From: Bdellovibrionota bacterium | GTDB taxonomy: Bacteria; Bdellovibrionota_C; UBA2361; CALJRW01 | Direction of reading: 5' to 3' | Assembly (NCBI GenBank): GCA_041740355.1 | Contig: JBGSMD010000064.1 | Coordinates: 1 to 64,000 of the forward strand | DNA: 64,000 nt | Part shown: positions 29,559 through 40,844 of the stretch, one piece after another | Numbering within the stretch: position 1 is the stretch's first letter | How the letters are laid out: the number at the start of each line of letters is the position of its first letter | Translations under genes and position numbers: made by a program | The notes under the pieces: model-generated | Told to the model about the DNA's origin: nothing | The model's database searches: none | What the model saw: the letters and a program-made list of their open reading frames with translations, nothing else

Positions 29559-30305
29559 TTGCTTTTCAAAATCACCTTCTGGAAGTATTCCTGAAATTAG
29601 ATCTAGTGGTATCCCACCTTTTGGTACTTTTAACCTTGGAACTTTTCCATCACTAGCGACTTCAGAGTATTTTGCAAATGTAAAAACTTCCGGTTTTAGT
29701 CCGATACAAAAACCGTTTAAAGTATCCACGAAATCTACCGCAGCATTCACTTGTTTTTCAAAATATCCACGCTCACCTAAAATTTGGATTGCTGACAATC
29801 GTTCATCGGCAGAAGCTGCTGATGGAGTTGAATCTACTAATCTCAAGACGAGCAAATAATCTTCTTCCGATTTTGGATTTAATCCAAAAATTCTGATTAA
29901 AGCATTAGACTTAGCTTGTAAACCAGCATGAACTTCTGCATAACCATGGTATTCATTAGGAGAATCTGAAAAATGTGCATATCCAACTTTTAAGGCATTT
30001 CTAGCTTCGGCATGATTTTCAATGACACGAATGATGGGCTCAACTTCTAAAAAACCTCGATAGTTCTTAGTACTAATCTGACATGCAGAAAGTGTTCCAA
30101 CTTTCAAGATATCTTGAATGGCACCAAGACTGGCTCCATGAATTGCAGCAGTATTCTCAGCAGGTAATTCGGTCACAAATAAAGACTGAAACTTGGCCAA
30201 GGTAACTGAATCTAAACCTCGAGTTAGATCTAATGGAATGCTTAAATTAGCGCTTAGCAGGTTTGACTGAAGTTCCTCTATTGAGCTGTGCTGAAAACTT
30301 GCCAT
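29532..30305 (-). CDS. Hypothetical protein
   Basis: 257-aa ORF with no recognised family. Confidence 0.6.
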   Translation of the reverse strand: MASFQHSSIEELQSNLLSANLSIPLDLTRGLDSVTLAKFQSLFVTELPAENTAAIHGASLGAIQDILKVGTLSACQISTKNYRGFLEVEPIIRVIENHAEARNALKVGYAHFSDSPNEYHGYAEVHAGLQAKSNALIRIFGLNPKSEEDYLLVLRLVDSTPSAASADERLSAIQILGERGYFEKQVNAAVDFVDTLNGFCIGLKPEVFTFAKYSEVASDGKVPRLKVPKGGIPLDLISGILPEGDFEKQLVRRIKML

Positions 30306-30455
30306 GTTTCAAATATATAATATAAAAATCAAAAAGGTAATTTTTGTAAGATAATTACTATCGGTTAATTTGTTATGATAATTTAGTTGATAGTTGTTAC
30401 ATTTTTATAAAAATATCCATAACATCATTGAATTTCTGTTTTTTACAATTTTAGA

Positions 30456-31559
30456 ATGATGATTGCAGCTAGTACAACTCCCGCCCCACAAAGACAAGAG
30501 GAGTTTATCCCTGAAAATCATCAACATAATCTCGCATTAATGAGAACACTGGTCGCGGAACTACCAGATCAACCCCTGCTTGCTCCTATTAAAGACTTTA
30601 ACCCGGCCCTAAAACTTGAAAAAGCGATTCTAAGGTTTGCGAAAGAATACGCCGGATTAACCTCGGATTATTTTTCAGCGCCCATGATGGAACAAGCAAA
30701 GGGTCTTTCCACAGAACAAGCGCTTTATTGTTTAAGAGATATCGTTCGTACCAAAAGATTCTTACAGGCAATTGATGAAGCAATTACCAAATTAAGTCCC
30801 GGTAAAGAAAAAATTTATGTCCTAGATGCTGGTTGCGGCCCAGTGGTAATTCTAGGATTATTTGCAACACTTGCTTCGGAAAAGGTGCATTGTACCTGCT
30901 TGGAAATTAACCCTGCCTCAGCCTGCTTTGCCAAACAAATTGCCAAGGCTTTTGGATTAGAAGATCGACTCACTGTAATTTATGGCGACGCCACAAAATT
31001 TAAATCAGAAAATAATCAAAAATATGATTTAATTATTTCAGAAACAATGAACACGGCACTAGTAGGTGAGCCTATCGTGGAAATTTTTAATCACCTAATG
31101 CAATTCATAGCAGCAGAGGGTCTGACCTTACCAAGTAGTATCGATTTTAAATATGGTTATGTTAATTCGGAAGAACCTACTTTTCAATCTAATGATTTTG
31201 TTCAATATGGATCATCTGAAGGTGACATTTTTATAAGACATCAGTTAGATTACTGGAAAACACTTTTTACTTGGAAACCTGGGGAACAATTAGACCAAAT
31301 CTGCTTTGTACATCCTCTACCGACAGATCAAAATAGTGAATTCTATTATTTTGTTGGTTGCGATGTGCAACTTGGCAGTTACCGACTGGCAGGATTTGAT
31401 TCTAATATAAGTTTGCCACTGGCTCTGGAAAGCTTTGGAGATCGAACTTGTTCCAAAGGTTCACCTACAGGAGTCATAAAAGTAAATTATCCGGTTGGAG
31501 AGGTATATGCCAGTTGTACCGGATGTATTAATCCGAGAGCCCAGATTGAATTATACTAA
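30456..31559 (+). CDS. Class I SAM-dependent methyltransferase, PRMT-like
   Basis: D..RT..F..AI, motif I VLDAGCG, CLEIN, IYGDAT, DLIISETMNTALVGE. Confidence 0.8.
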   Translation: MMIAASTTPAPQRQEEFIPENHQHNLALMRTLVAELPDQPLLAPIKDFNPALKLEKAILRFAKEYAGLTSDYFSAPMMEQAKGLSTEQALYCLRDIVRTKRFLQAIDEAITKLSPGKEKIYVLDAGCGPVVILGLFATLASEKVHCTCLEINPASACFAKQIAKAFGLEDRLTVIYGDATKFKSENNQKYDLIISETMNTALVGEPIVEIFNHLMQFIAAEGLTLPSSIDFKYGYVNSEEPTFQSNDFVQYGSSEGDIFIRHQLDYWKTLFTWKPGEQLDQICFVHPLPTDQNSEFYYFVGCDVQLGSYRLAGFDSNISLPLALESFGDRTCSKGSPTGVIKVNYPVGEVYASCTGCINPRAQIELY

Positions 31560-31573
31560 TATATCATTGTTAA

Positions 31574-32317
31574 TTACTTAAGCAGTAAGCTTAGTGCGGT
31601 ACAGACTGCCACAAATAAAAAGATATTCTTCAGAAACTTATTTCCCTGCTTTAAGGAAAACTTTGCTCCTAAATAACTACCAATTAATGCTCCTAAAATT
31701 AATGCTGGTGCTAAATCCCAACGTACGTGTCCCAAAAACAAATGACAAACAGCTCCAACACCATTCCATAAAAGTCCACAGGCAGAAATAGTCATGGCAG
31801 TTGCGTGCTTTTGATCATATTTCAATACAATTATGTACATCAGAGTTAAAAAGATTCCACTCCCAGCAGATAGCCAACCACTATAAAAAGCAATCGGTGT
31901 CATAACTATAATACATTTCCAAATCGTTAGATTTGTAAGGGGCACGGGTTGATGCTGACGAATCCCAAGTTTACTAAAGAAACTGATGGCGACTGCTAAT
32001 AAGATAAATCCGCCTAAAATGATTTTCATAGTTTCGCCTGGTAGGCGATCTGAAAATAATGTTCCTAGAATAACAAAAGGTAATCCGTATAAAGCAGAAA
32101 ACCAAAATACTTTTCGATCAATAATCCCGGAACGAAAATAAACAAGACTACTGGAGATTCCGATAAAACCAACTGCCAATTTGGCAGAGGCTAAAGCATT
32201 GATGTAGGGAAGACCACTTAACATAAAAACTGGTTGCAGGATTAGTCCGGCACCACCTCCAGCAAGCGTTGCAAAGAAACAGGCAATTAAAGCTGTAAAA
32301 AATGAAATAATTAGCAT
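31574..32317 (-). CDS. TauE/SafE (TSUP) family membrane transporter
   Basis: GGGAGLI and SGWLSAGSG glycine motifs, about eight TM helices, GALIGSYLGA. Confidence 0.85.
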   Translation of the reverse strand: MLIISFFTALIACFFATLAGGGAGLILQPVFMLSGLPYINALASAKLAVGFIGISSSLVYFRSGIIDRKVFWFSALYGLPFVILGTLFSDRLPGETMKIILGGFILLAVAISFFSKLGIRQHQPVPLTNLTIWKCIIVMTPIAFYSGWLSAGSGIFLTLMYIIVLKYDQKHATAMTISACGLLWNGVGAVCHLFLGHVRWDLAPALILGALIGSYLGAKFSLKQGNKFLKNIFLFVAVCTALSLLLK

Positions 32318-32571
32318 TATAAAAGAGTAGAATTTATTGAGATCGCTGTCTATAACTCAAGTTACAGGATTGAAAAAACAGCTAGTGGAATCCGCCTTCG
32401 TTTTCTGTTACTCAAAAATTTCGGAGGACTTGTACACTTATGGCGGACAAAAAGATCTATTAAAACCAACATTTAACGCCAAGAATTCAGTAATATCAAA
32501 AAAAATTAGCTAGTGGAGTAAATTTAATATTCTTAGTAATGTATCGCAGGTTTTCTTTTTTATAAAAATAC

Positions 32572-34245
32572 ATGAGTAGTCAGGATATTATTTTCTCAAT
32601 GCGCGGTGTCACTAAGACGTTCCCTCCCCAAAAAACAGTTCTTAAAAATATTCACTTATCATTTTTCTATGGAGCTAAGATTGGAGTGTTAGGATTAAAC
32701 GGATCTGGAAAATCTTCCCTCTTAAAAGTCATTGCTGGGATTGATAAGGAAATCCAAGGAGAAGTTTCTTTTATGTCTGAGAGTTACTCGATTGGTATGC
32801 TGGAACAAGAACCGAATCTCGACCCAACAAAAACTGCTCGGGAGATCGTAGAAGAAGGTGCTCAGGAGGTAGTCGATCTCTTAAAAGAATTTGAAGCAAT
32901 CAACATGCGTTTCGGAGAGTCGATGAGCGATGACGAAATGGATCGCTTAATTACGAAACAAGCAGAAGTTCAAGAAAAGTTAGATCATCATGATGCTTGG
33001 GAATTAGATACTAAACTGGAACGGGCAATGGATGCCCTTCGCTGTCCCCCATCTGATGCACTTGTTAAAAACTTATCTGGTGGTGAGAAACGTAGACTGG
33101 CACTTTGTCGCTTACTTTTGAAGGAACCGGATGTCTTATTATTAGATGAACCAACCAACCACCTTGATGCTGAGTCAGTAGATTGGTTAGAGCAACACTT
33201 ACAAAAATATAAAGGTACCGTAATTGCTGTTACCCACGATAGATACTTTTTAGATAATGTTGCCGGTTGGATTTTGGAATTAGACCGAGGAGCTGGAATT
33301 CCATGGAAAGGAAATTACTCTTCATGGTTAGAGCAGAAACAAGATCGTTTAGCTCAAGAAGAAAAGACAGAATCTAAAAGACAAAAAACCCTACAACGAG
33401 AATTAGAGTGGATTCGTATGTCACCTAAAGCCAGACAGGCTAAATCAAAAGCTAGGATTTCATCTTACGAATCTATGGCCAATGAAGAATCAAAACAGAA
33501 AGAAGATCGCTTAGAGCTTTTTATTCCGACAGGTCCAAGACTTGGAGCCCAAGTTGTAGAAGCAAAAAATGTCTCCATGGGTTTTGGTGATCGCTTACTT
33601 TATGAAAACTTAAATTTTACTTTACCTCAGGGTGGGATTGTTGGAATTATTGGACCTAATGGTGCAGGAAAGACAACCCTCTTTAAATTAATTACAGGCG
33701 AACTAAAACCATTAACCGGGGAATTTGTGACTGGCAGTACTGTAAAAATTGGTTATGTAGATCAAAGTCATGATAATTTAGATCCAAATAAATCTATTTA
33801 TGAAGCCATCTCCGGTGGTAATGATCCAATGATGCTTGGCGATCGACCAGTCAATGCCAGAGCCTATGTCAGTAAATTTAACTTTAGTGGTCCCGATCAA
33901 GAGAAAAAAGTAGGAGCCCTCTCTGGAGGAGAAAGGAACCGAGTTCATTTATCGATGGCTCTAAAAGAAGGTGCCAACTTACTATTATTAGATGAGCCCA
34001 CAAATGATCTTGATGTGAATACGTTACGAGCCTTGGAAGATGCCCTAGATAACTTCGCTGGTTGTGCAGTTATTATCTCCCACGATCGTTGGTTCTTAGA
34101 CCGAGTTGCTACTCATATTTTAGCATTTGAAGGTGACTCTCAAGTAATGTGGTTTGAAGGAAATTACTCCGACTATGAAGTGGATCGATTAAAACGAGTT
34201 GGTCGGGACACTCCAAAGCGAATCAAATATAAACCACTAAAATAA
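32572..34245 (+). CDS. ettA: Energy-dependent translational throttle protein (ABC-F)
   Basis: SFFYGAKIGVLGLNGSGKS, two ABC domains, RELEWIRMSPKARQAKSKARI linker, no TM helices. Confidence 0.95.
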   Translation: MSSQDIIFSMRGVTKTFPPQKTVLKNIHLSFFYGAKIGVLGLNGSGKSSLLKVIAGIDKEIQGEVSFMSESYSIGMLEQEPNLDPTKTAREIVEEGAQEVVDLLKEFEAINMRFGESMSDDEMDRLITKQAEVQEKLDHHDAWELDTKLERAMDALRCPPSDALVKNLSGGEKRRLALCRLLLKEPDVLLLDEPTNHLDAESVDWLEQHLQKYKGTVIAVTHDRYFLDNVAGWILELDRGAGIPWKGNYSSWLEQKQDRLAQEEKTESKRQKTLQRELEWIRMSPKARQAKSKARISSYESMANEESKQKEDRLELFIPTGPRLGAQVVEAKNVSMGFGDRLLYENLNFTLPQGGIVGIIGPNGAGKTTLFKLITGELKPLTGEFVTGSTVKIGYVDQSHDNLDPNKSIYEAISGGNDPMMLGDRPVNARAYVSKFNFSGPDQEKKVGALSGGERNRVHLSMALKEGANLLLLDEPTNDLDVNTLRALEDALDNFAGCAVIISHDRWFLDRVATHILAFEGDSQVMWFEGNYSDYEVDRLKRVGRDTPKRIKYKPLK

Positions 34246-34330
34246 TAAACAGTTATTCAAGTAGAACTTTAAGCTTTGCATCTGTAAAATTATTGTTTTA
34301 CCGTTGGATTATTCTCTGCTGCTACAAAAC

Positions 34331-34615
34331 CTATTTTTTTTTAGTTGAGATACGATTAACTTTTAATTTACCCTCTAATCGGTTTAATACAGATGGGAAA
34401 ATTTCTTGGCGTTGATGCATACCTGGCTTATGGTTGTTGGTGGTCGCTTCCTGACTTACAACTATAGTACCTGAAGCGTAAGCTTTAGTAGATAAGTTTT
34501 TCTTATTTAGGATTGTGAAATCACCTTGACGTAATGAGGTTGTCATATGCACCCAACTTTCCTCAACACTGATAGTTTTATTAAAGATCTGGCAAAGGCT
34601 ACTAATCCACTTCAT
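34331..34615 (-). CDS. Possible small hypothetical protein
   Basis: 94-aa ATG-initiated ORF in an otherwise empty gap. Confidence 0.3.
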   Translation of the reverse strand: MKWISSLCQIFNKTISVEESWVHMTTSLRQGDFTILNKKNLSTKAYASGTIVVSQEATTNNHKPGMHQRQEIFPSVLNRLEGKLKVNRISTKKK

Positions 34616-34805
34616 ACTTCATCCTTGAAAATTTAGAGTGTTTGGTAAAATCCTAACCAATTTCGCTTCAAGAGCAACACGATAAAGTTTATCTCCACTT
34701 CGCAAAGTGCCAAGTGATCAATCTCTATCATCTAGGGCTAAGATTTTAATTATGTAAATAATTATCGGATAACTAATTTGCAAACTTTAAAGCTTGAGAG
34801 TAAGT

Positions 34806-37800
34806 TTATTTATCTTGTAAATTAATCTCTTGGTCTAAACGCCTCTGTACAGCTCCGGGAGAACCTGTTTTTCTAGCAAGTAAGGAGTAAGCCACTGGGA
34901 CTAAAAATATTGTTAAAAACGTAGCAATAAGTATGCCAAAAAACACGACAACCCCGATTGTAAATCTTGTTTCCGCACCAGCACCAAAAGCAATAATAAG
35001 GGGGATTGCACCAGCCGCTGTTGTAATACCTGTCATTAGAATAGGTCTTAGCCGAACTCGGGACGCTTCACGTATCGCTCGATCAAATTCCATACCCTGA
35101 TCTCTAAGTTGATTTGCGAACTCTACAATTAAAATACCATTCTTAGCAGCCAAACCTACCAACATTACCAATCCAATCTGCGAATATAAATTTAGACTAC
35201 TTCCCATGATAAATAATCCCAATAAGCCTCCGGCAACAGCCGTGGGAACAGATAACATAATAATAAATGGATGTATAAAACTTTCGAATTGTGCCGCTAA
35301 GATTAAAAATGTAATTAAAATCCCTAAAATAAATACAAATATTATTGACTGACCGGCAAATTTAAAATCTTGAGATTGCCCCTTATAATCAATTATGACT
35401 TTTTCCGGTAATTCATTACGCACTAAATTTTCCATATACTCTAAGGCTTCACCAAGAGAATATTTAGCAGCTAGGTTTGACTCAATAGTAATTGCTCTAA
35501 TTCGATTATATCGATTAAGCGTTGCGGAGTCAGAGAATTCTGTGAGAGTTACTAAATTTGCTAGAGGTATTAATTGGCCCGTTCTTTCCGATCGCACGTA
35601 CATATTTTGTAAATCATTAGAATCCCTTTGAGCATTGCGCTCCCCTTGAAGAATCACATCGTACTCCTCACCTTCTTCAATGTAGGTTGTAACTCGTTTT
35701 GATCCCAGCATTGATTCCAATGTTCTGCCAATCTCCGAATATTTAACTCCAAGTTCAGCTGCAGTATTATAATCAATTTTAATTTGAATTTGCGGTTTTG
35801 TCTCTTTGTAGTCCCAATCAATTCCTTCAAACCCGGGGTTATTAACTTCTAATTTCTTAAGTAAAATATCTCGCCACTCTGCTAATTCTTGGTATGTTCC
35901 CCCACCAATTACAAATTGAAAGACCTTAGTATTCCCAGCTCCAAACCCTTGTCGCATAATGGGTACAGCACGCACCCCTGTTAAATCTGAAAGCTTATTT
36001 TTAATTTCGTCCATAATCACAAATGCGGAGCGTCGCTCCGACCAAGAGGTTAGGCCGCACATGATCATACCAGTATTGAAAGATTCAAATGTACCAAAAG
36101 TCCTGGGAGTACGGACTAATAATCTGGATATTTCACCTGCTTCAATGTAGGGAAGCAAGCGGGCCTCAATTTCATCCATGTAATCGGCCATATATTTGTG
36201 GGATGCACCTTCCGGACCGTTAACCATAATTGCAAATGTCCCGCGATCTTCTTTCGGGGCATACTCACTGGGTAAGGAGATAAATATTAAATAACAGCTG
36301 ACTAATAAACCTGCAAAAATTCCAATTACAGCGTAGGAATGATTAAATGCTTTTTCTAACCAAACAATATATTTCGATTGAAACAAACTTAAATATTTTT
36401 CTACAAAAAAATATATCTTTGTCGGCTGCTGATCCCTTTTTAACAATTTTGATGCCAACATCGGACATAATGTGAGTGCAACAATACTAGAGAAGACTAC
36501 AGCTACTGCCATCGTCATCGAAAACTCTGAAAATAATCGACCGATATCACCTTCAATAAAAGCTAATGGAACAAACACAGCTACAAGTACTAATGTAGTT
36601 GCAATGACTGCCATGCCAACTTCTTGAGTGCCCCGGTAGGCGGCGACCAGGGGAGTCTCTCCTAGTTCCGTCATCCTCCGAGAAATGTTTTCTAAAACAA
36701 TAATTGCATCATCAACAACTAACCCAATTGCCAAGACTAAAGCTAAAAGAGTAAGGAGATTAATTGAATAACCAAAGGCGTAAAGCGCAATAAAGGAGGA
36801 AATAATTGAAATTGGCACGGTGATAGCAGGAATAATCATGCCACGAACATCACCTATAAAAATATAAATGACTAAAACAACTAATATTATTGCAACAATA
36901 AATGTTAGATAAACTTCACCAATCGCTTCTTCGATGAAGATTGAGCTATCATAACTTTGCTCAATTTTCATTTTATTTGGTAATGTGGAATTAATTAATT
37001 TTGCTTGTGCCTTGGCCGCTCTGGCAACACTGATTGTATTAGCGGTTGATTGTTTAACAATACCGATCCCAATCATTGGGGCACCATTTCCCCTGAAAAA
37101 GGTACGATTCTCAATCGAGCCTTTCTCGACTCTGGCAACATCACCAAGTCTGGTAATATATCCATCAACACTTCTACCTAAAGATAAGGCCATAAAATCT
37201 TCTGGCACTCGAAAGGCTCTTTGTAATCTCACTGTGAATTGCCGAGTATTCGACTCAATACTTCCGGCTGGTAATTCAATATTTTCAGCACGGAGAGCAT
37301 TCTCAACATCTGTTACTGTCAAATTTCTAGCTGCTAATGCCTCTCGGTCTAGCCAGACGCGCATGGCATATTCTTGTCCCCCTCCAATTCGCACACGACC
37401 AACCCCATCTAAAGTTGAAAAACGATCAACTAAGTAACGTGACGCATAATCAGTGAGCTCAGGAACTGTCATCTGTGGACTGGTTAAGTTCAGCCACATA
37501 ATGACATCTTCATTGGAATCTATTTTTTGAATTTCTGGCGGATCAGCCTCGTCAGGGAAATCTCCAAGAGCACCAGAAACACGATCTCGTATATCGTTTG
37601 CTGCACTATCAATATCCCGAGATAGACTAAACTCAACATTAACCGTTGAACGTCCATCCTCACTCTTGGACTCAATAAACTCAATGCCTTCAATTCCAGC
37701 AATTCGTTCTTCTACAATTTCAGTAATTTTGGACTCGACAACGTTGGCGGAGGCTCCCGGATAATTAACTTCGACTGATATAATTGGAGGGTTAATATCT

Positions 37801-37913
37801 GGATATTCCCTTAACGATAAACGACTAAAGGAAACAAATCCAAATATTATCAAAATTAATGACAGGACGGTCGCAAATACTGGACGAGTTACTGAGATAT
37901 CAGAAAGCTTCAT
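34806..37913 (-). CDS. RND efflux permease (AcrB/MdtB family)
   Basis: RPVFA, YPGASA, GLVVDDAII, AKNGILIVEFA, RLRPILMT. Confidence 0.96.
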   Translation of the reverse strand: MKLSDISVTRPVFATVLSLILIIFGFVSFSRLSLREYPDINPPIISVEVNYPGASANVVESKITEIVEERIAGIEGIEFIESKSEDGRSTVNVEFSLSRDIDSAANDIRDRVSGALGDFPDEADPPEIQKIDSNEDVIMWLNLTSPQMTVPELTDYASRYLVDRFSTLDGVGRVRIGGGQEYAMRVWLDREALAARNLTVTDVENALRAENIELPAGSIESNTRQFTVRLQRAFRVPEDFMALSLGRSVDGYITRLGDVARVEKGSIENRTFFRGNGAPMIGIGIVKQSTANTISVARAAKAQAKLINSTLPNKMKIEQSYDSSIFIEEAIGEVYLTFIVAIILVVLVIYIFIGDVRGMIIPAITVPISIISSFIALYAFGYSINLLTLLALVLAIGLVVDDAIIVLENISRRMTELGETPLVAAYRGTQEVGMAVIATTLVLVAVFVPLAFIEGDIGRLFSEFSMTMAVAVVFSSIVALTLCPMLASKLLKRDQQPTKIYFFVEKYLSLFQSKYIVWLEKAFNHSYAVIGIFAGLLVSCYLIFISLPSEYAPKEDRGTFAIMVNGPEGASHKYMADYMDEIEARLLPYIEAGEISRLLVRTPRTFGTFESFNTGMIMCGLTSWSERRSAFVIMDEIKNKLSDLTGVRAVPIMRQGFGAGNTKVFQFVIGGGTYQELAEWRDILLKKLEVNNPGFEGIDWDYKETKPQIQIKIDYNTAAELGVKYSEIGRTLESMLGSKRVTTYIEEGEEYDVILQGERNAQRDSNDLQNMYVRSERTGQLIPLANLVTLTEFSDSATLNRYNRIRAITIESNLAAKYSLGEALEYMENLVRNELPEKVIIDYKGQSQDFKFAGQSIIFVFILGILITFLILAAQFESFIHPFIIMLSVPTAVAGGLLGLFIMGSSLNLYSQIGLVMLVGLAAKNGILIVEFANQLRDQGMEFDRAIREASRVRLRPILMTGITTAAGAIPLIIAFGAGAETRFTIGVVVFFGILIATFLTIFLVPVAYSLLARKTGSPGAVQRRLDQEINLQDK

Positions 37914-38971
37914 GCCTTTACCTTTTTGCGTTTGATTATATCTTTTAAACCTTCACCTGCTTGTTGGATAGCGTCTACCACAACTTCTTTGTCATCTGTT
38001 AGAGCCATCGCCCCATGAGTTACTACCAAATCACCAGCTTGTAGTCCTGATAATATTTCGACCTCTCCATTTTTTCGAATTCCAACTTCCACAATTACCT
38101 GCTTAACTTTATTATCTAAAATTTGAAAAACTCCCACCTTACTACCTAATGGCAAAATAGCTTCTTCGGGTACGACTAAACTCTCTCGATCTAAGTGTCG
38201 AACTTTTACTTGCATCAGTAATCCTGGTTTTAATAATCCATCGGAATTAGGTATTTTAGCTCTGACAACTATTGATCTTGTAATTGGATCAACTCTTGAA
38301 TCTAAGGCTACAATTTCTCCTGCAAACTGACTCTTAGGAAAGGCCGACGTAGTTGAGTAGACCTTCAGTCCTACCGAAAGTGCATTTAACAGAACAGCAG
38401 GAACGGAAAAATCTAAATTCATTATTTGATCATCCGTTATTGTTCCTATTTCTTCACCCGGAGTTACTAAGGCACCTGCACTTACATTTCTTAGTCCCAT
38501 TACACCAGAAAAAGGTGCAATTATTAGGCGATCTTCTAATCTACTTTTCATTGCCTCTAACAAAGCATTGGCCGATTCAAACTCTCTTCTTCTTTGATCG
38601 ACAACCGAGCCAGATATTGCTCCTTGTTGAGGAATATTCTTAACACGTTCAAATTGTTTTTTGGCCTCCTCAACTCGTGCTAAACTTTCCTTGACTAAGG
38701 CACTCTCCTCTTGATTGGTCATCTCTGCTAATAGAAATCCCTTTTCCACCCTTTGGCCGTCTTCAAAATAAATATTTGTAATTGTGTCTGTGACCGTAGA
38801 TGTCAAACGAACTGTTTCATTTGCCTTTAAGGTTCCAAGAGCTTCTATTTCATTAAACAAATGCTTTTTTTTAATCTCATATCCAATCACCTTAGTTTGA
38901 GCTAGCGTATTAAATGAACTAATGAGTGTAAGAAAAATTAGAATTATTCCAAGATAATGTTTATTAATCAT
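37910..38971 (-). CDS. RND periplasmic adaptor (membrane fusion protein)
   Basis: Lipoyl-like F.DGQRV.KG, IAPFSGV, VDPITRS, LKPG, GL..GD.VV. Confidence 0.93.
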   Translation of the reverse strand: MINKHYLGIILIFLTLISSFNTLAQTKVIGYEIKKKHLFNEIEALGTLKANETVRLTSTVTDTITNIYFEDGQRVEKGFLLAEMTNQEESALVKESLARVEEAKKQFERVKNIPQQGAISGSVVDQRRREFESANALLEAMKSRLEDRLIIAPFSGVMGLRNVSAGALVTPGEEIGTITDDQIMNLDFSVPAVLLNALSVGLKVYSTTSAFPKSQFAGEIVALDSRVDPITRSIVVRAKIPNSDGLLKPGLLMQVKVRHLDRESLVVPEEAILPLGSKVGVFQILDNKVKQVIVEVGIRKNGEVEILSGLQAGDLVVTHGAMALTDDKEVVVDAIQQAGEGLKDIIKRKKVKA

Positions 38972-39238
38972 AATAATTATAAAAATCTGTAAAAACCACT
39001 TCCGTCAATAACAGCTAATTTAATAAAATAAATATTGCAAATCATGTTCAAACTAAAGGTAGTTTATTTTATTACGCATCAAAGCAAAAGTGAAAGTGCT
39101 TATTTAAGTATTGGAAGCTGCGTAAAGCTAAAACTGACAATTGAAATTCAGAAATGACACATCTACCATTGATTAATTGTAATTATTATAGAAACTAAAC
39201 CTTTCGCTGTCGATTAAATCACTGTAAAAGATATTACA

Positions 39239-40747
39239 ATGAAGCTATCTAATCCACTTTCCACACACTACAGATTGCTGACAGCAATATTACTCGCATT
39301 AATTTGTTTAGGTTGTTCAATTGGTCCAGAATATTCTAAACCTAAAATTAAAAAACCAAACCACTGGAAGGGTCAACAAAAAGCTTTAACTCCAAAAAAA
39401 CTAGCTGCTATTTCTACCTATTGGACAATGTTCAATGATCCAGTACTTACAGAGCTGATCGATCGAAGTAATACAAATAACCTCTCATTACAAGAATCAT
39501 TCTTAAGGATTCAGGAAGCAACGGCTTCAGCCGGGGTTAGTTTTAGTGATTTTTTTCCACAAATTGATGCCACTACTGATTTAGCAACTCGGCGTCGTAG
39601 CGAAAGTGTAGCCTCTGCAATTAGCGGTGCAGAAAATGATTTTTTATCCGTGGGAGCAAGACTTAATTGGGAATTAGATCTTCTTGGAAGATTAAGAAGA
39701 CTACAAGAATCAGCTCAAGCAAATCTAGAAGCTACCCTTGAGGATTACTTTGATACTCAAGTAATCTTATACTCGCAGGTAGCTTCCACCTACATCACAT
39801 ATTGCACAAATTCTGCTAGGATTTCTTTAGCTAAGGAAAATATTAAAAATCAAAAAGAAAGCCTACAACTTGCGAGAGAATTGTTTACTGCAGGAATTGC
39901 GCCAGAATTAGATGTTAAACAAGCAGAATCTAATTTAGGGGAAACCGAAGCTACTCTTCCTAGCCTCAGGATCCAATTAGCGCAAGCTAAGCATCAGTTA
40001 GCTGTTCTAATTGGGACACTACCTGAAGAATTAGATGGACTTTTACTTAGTAATCGAAAAATTCCTACTATCAAAAAATTTAGCAGAAAGTCTTTACCCT
40101 TAGATATTTTACGACAACGTCCAGATATCCGTCGCGCGGAACGTAATCTAGCTGCGCAACATGCCCTAATTGGCGCTAGTCAAGCTGAGCATTTTCCGAT
40201 TATTTCACTTCCAGGTCAAATCTCTTTTGAAGCTCTAAATAACTTAGAAGATGCTTTTCGAACAAATAGCATGGCTTATACTATTGGACCTAGTGTTAGC
40301 TGGAACATTTTTAATGCTGGTAAAATTTCCCGCAACGTTGAAATACAAGAAGCTCGTACTCAACAGTTAAACAGAAGATATCAACAGAGCGTTTTAATTG
40401 CAGTTCAAGAAATCGAAAATGCTTTAGTTGGTATTAAGGAAGAAAAGCTACGTCAACTTAGTCTGGAAAAATCTGTAGCCGCAAGCAAAGAAGCAGTCAG
40501 TTTAGTTAAGGCACTTTACGCATCTGGACTTACTGATTTTCAAAATGTACTTGATAGCGAAAGACGTTACTTCATACAGCAACTAAGTTTGGCAGATAGT
40601 ATTGGAACACTAGCTCAAAATAATGTAGCACTGTATCGCTCATTAGGTGGAGGCTGGGAAGTTCCATTACAAAATTTGAAAACTAAAAAGACTAAAAACT
40701 TATCCAAAAAATCTAAAAGAAAAGTAATCGTCGAACCTCATAAATAA
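39239..40747 (+). CDS. Outer membrane efflux lipoprotein (NodT/OprM family)
   Basis: Lipobox LGC, SIGPEY, WELDLLGR, RPDIRRAE, LYRSLGGGW; divergent from the adaptor gene. Confidence 0.93.
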   Translation: MKLSNPLSTHYRLLTAILLALICLGCSIGPEYSKPKIKKPNHWKGQQKALTPKKLAAISTYWTMFNDPVLTELIDRSNTNNLSLQESFLRIQEATASAGVSFSDFFPQIDATTDLATRRRSESVASAISGAENDFLSVGARLNWELDLLGRLRRLQESAQANLEATLEDYFDTQVILYSQVASTYITYCTNSARISLAKENIKNQKESLQLARELFTAGIAPELDVKQAESNLGETEATLPSLRIQLAQAKHQLAVLIGTLPEELDGLLLSNRKIPTIKKFSRKSLPLDILRQRPDIRRAERNLAAQHALIGASQAEHFPIISLPGQISFEALNNLEDAFRTNSMAYTIGPSVSWNIFNAGKISRNVEIQEARTQQLNRRYQQSVLIAVQEIENALVGIKEEKLRQLSLEKSVAASKEAVSLVKALYASGLTDFQNVLDSERRYFIQQLSLADSIGTLAQNNVALYRSLGGGWEVPLQNLKTKKTKNLSKKSKRKVIVEPHK

Positions 40748-40844
40748 ATGAGTAAATTGCTGAAAAATTTTGGGCAAATATAAATTTTAGCAAATTGCTA
40801 TATATGAGGAAGTAAATATTATTCTCCCTAATAGATAATATTTT

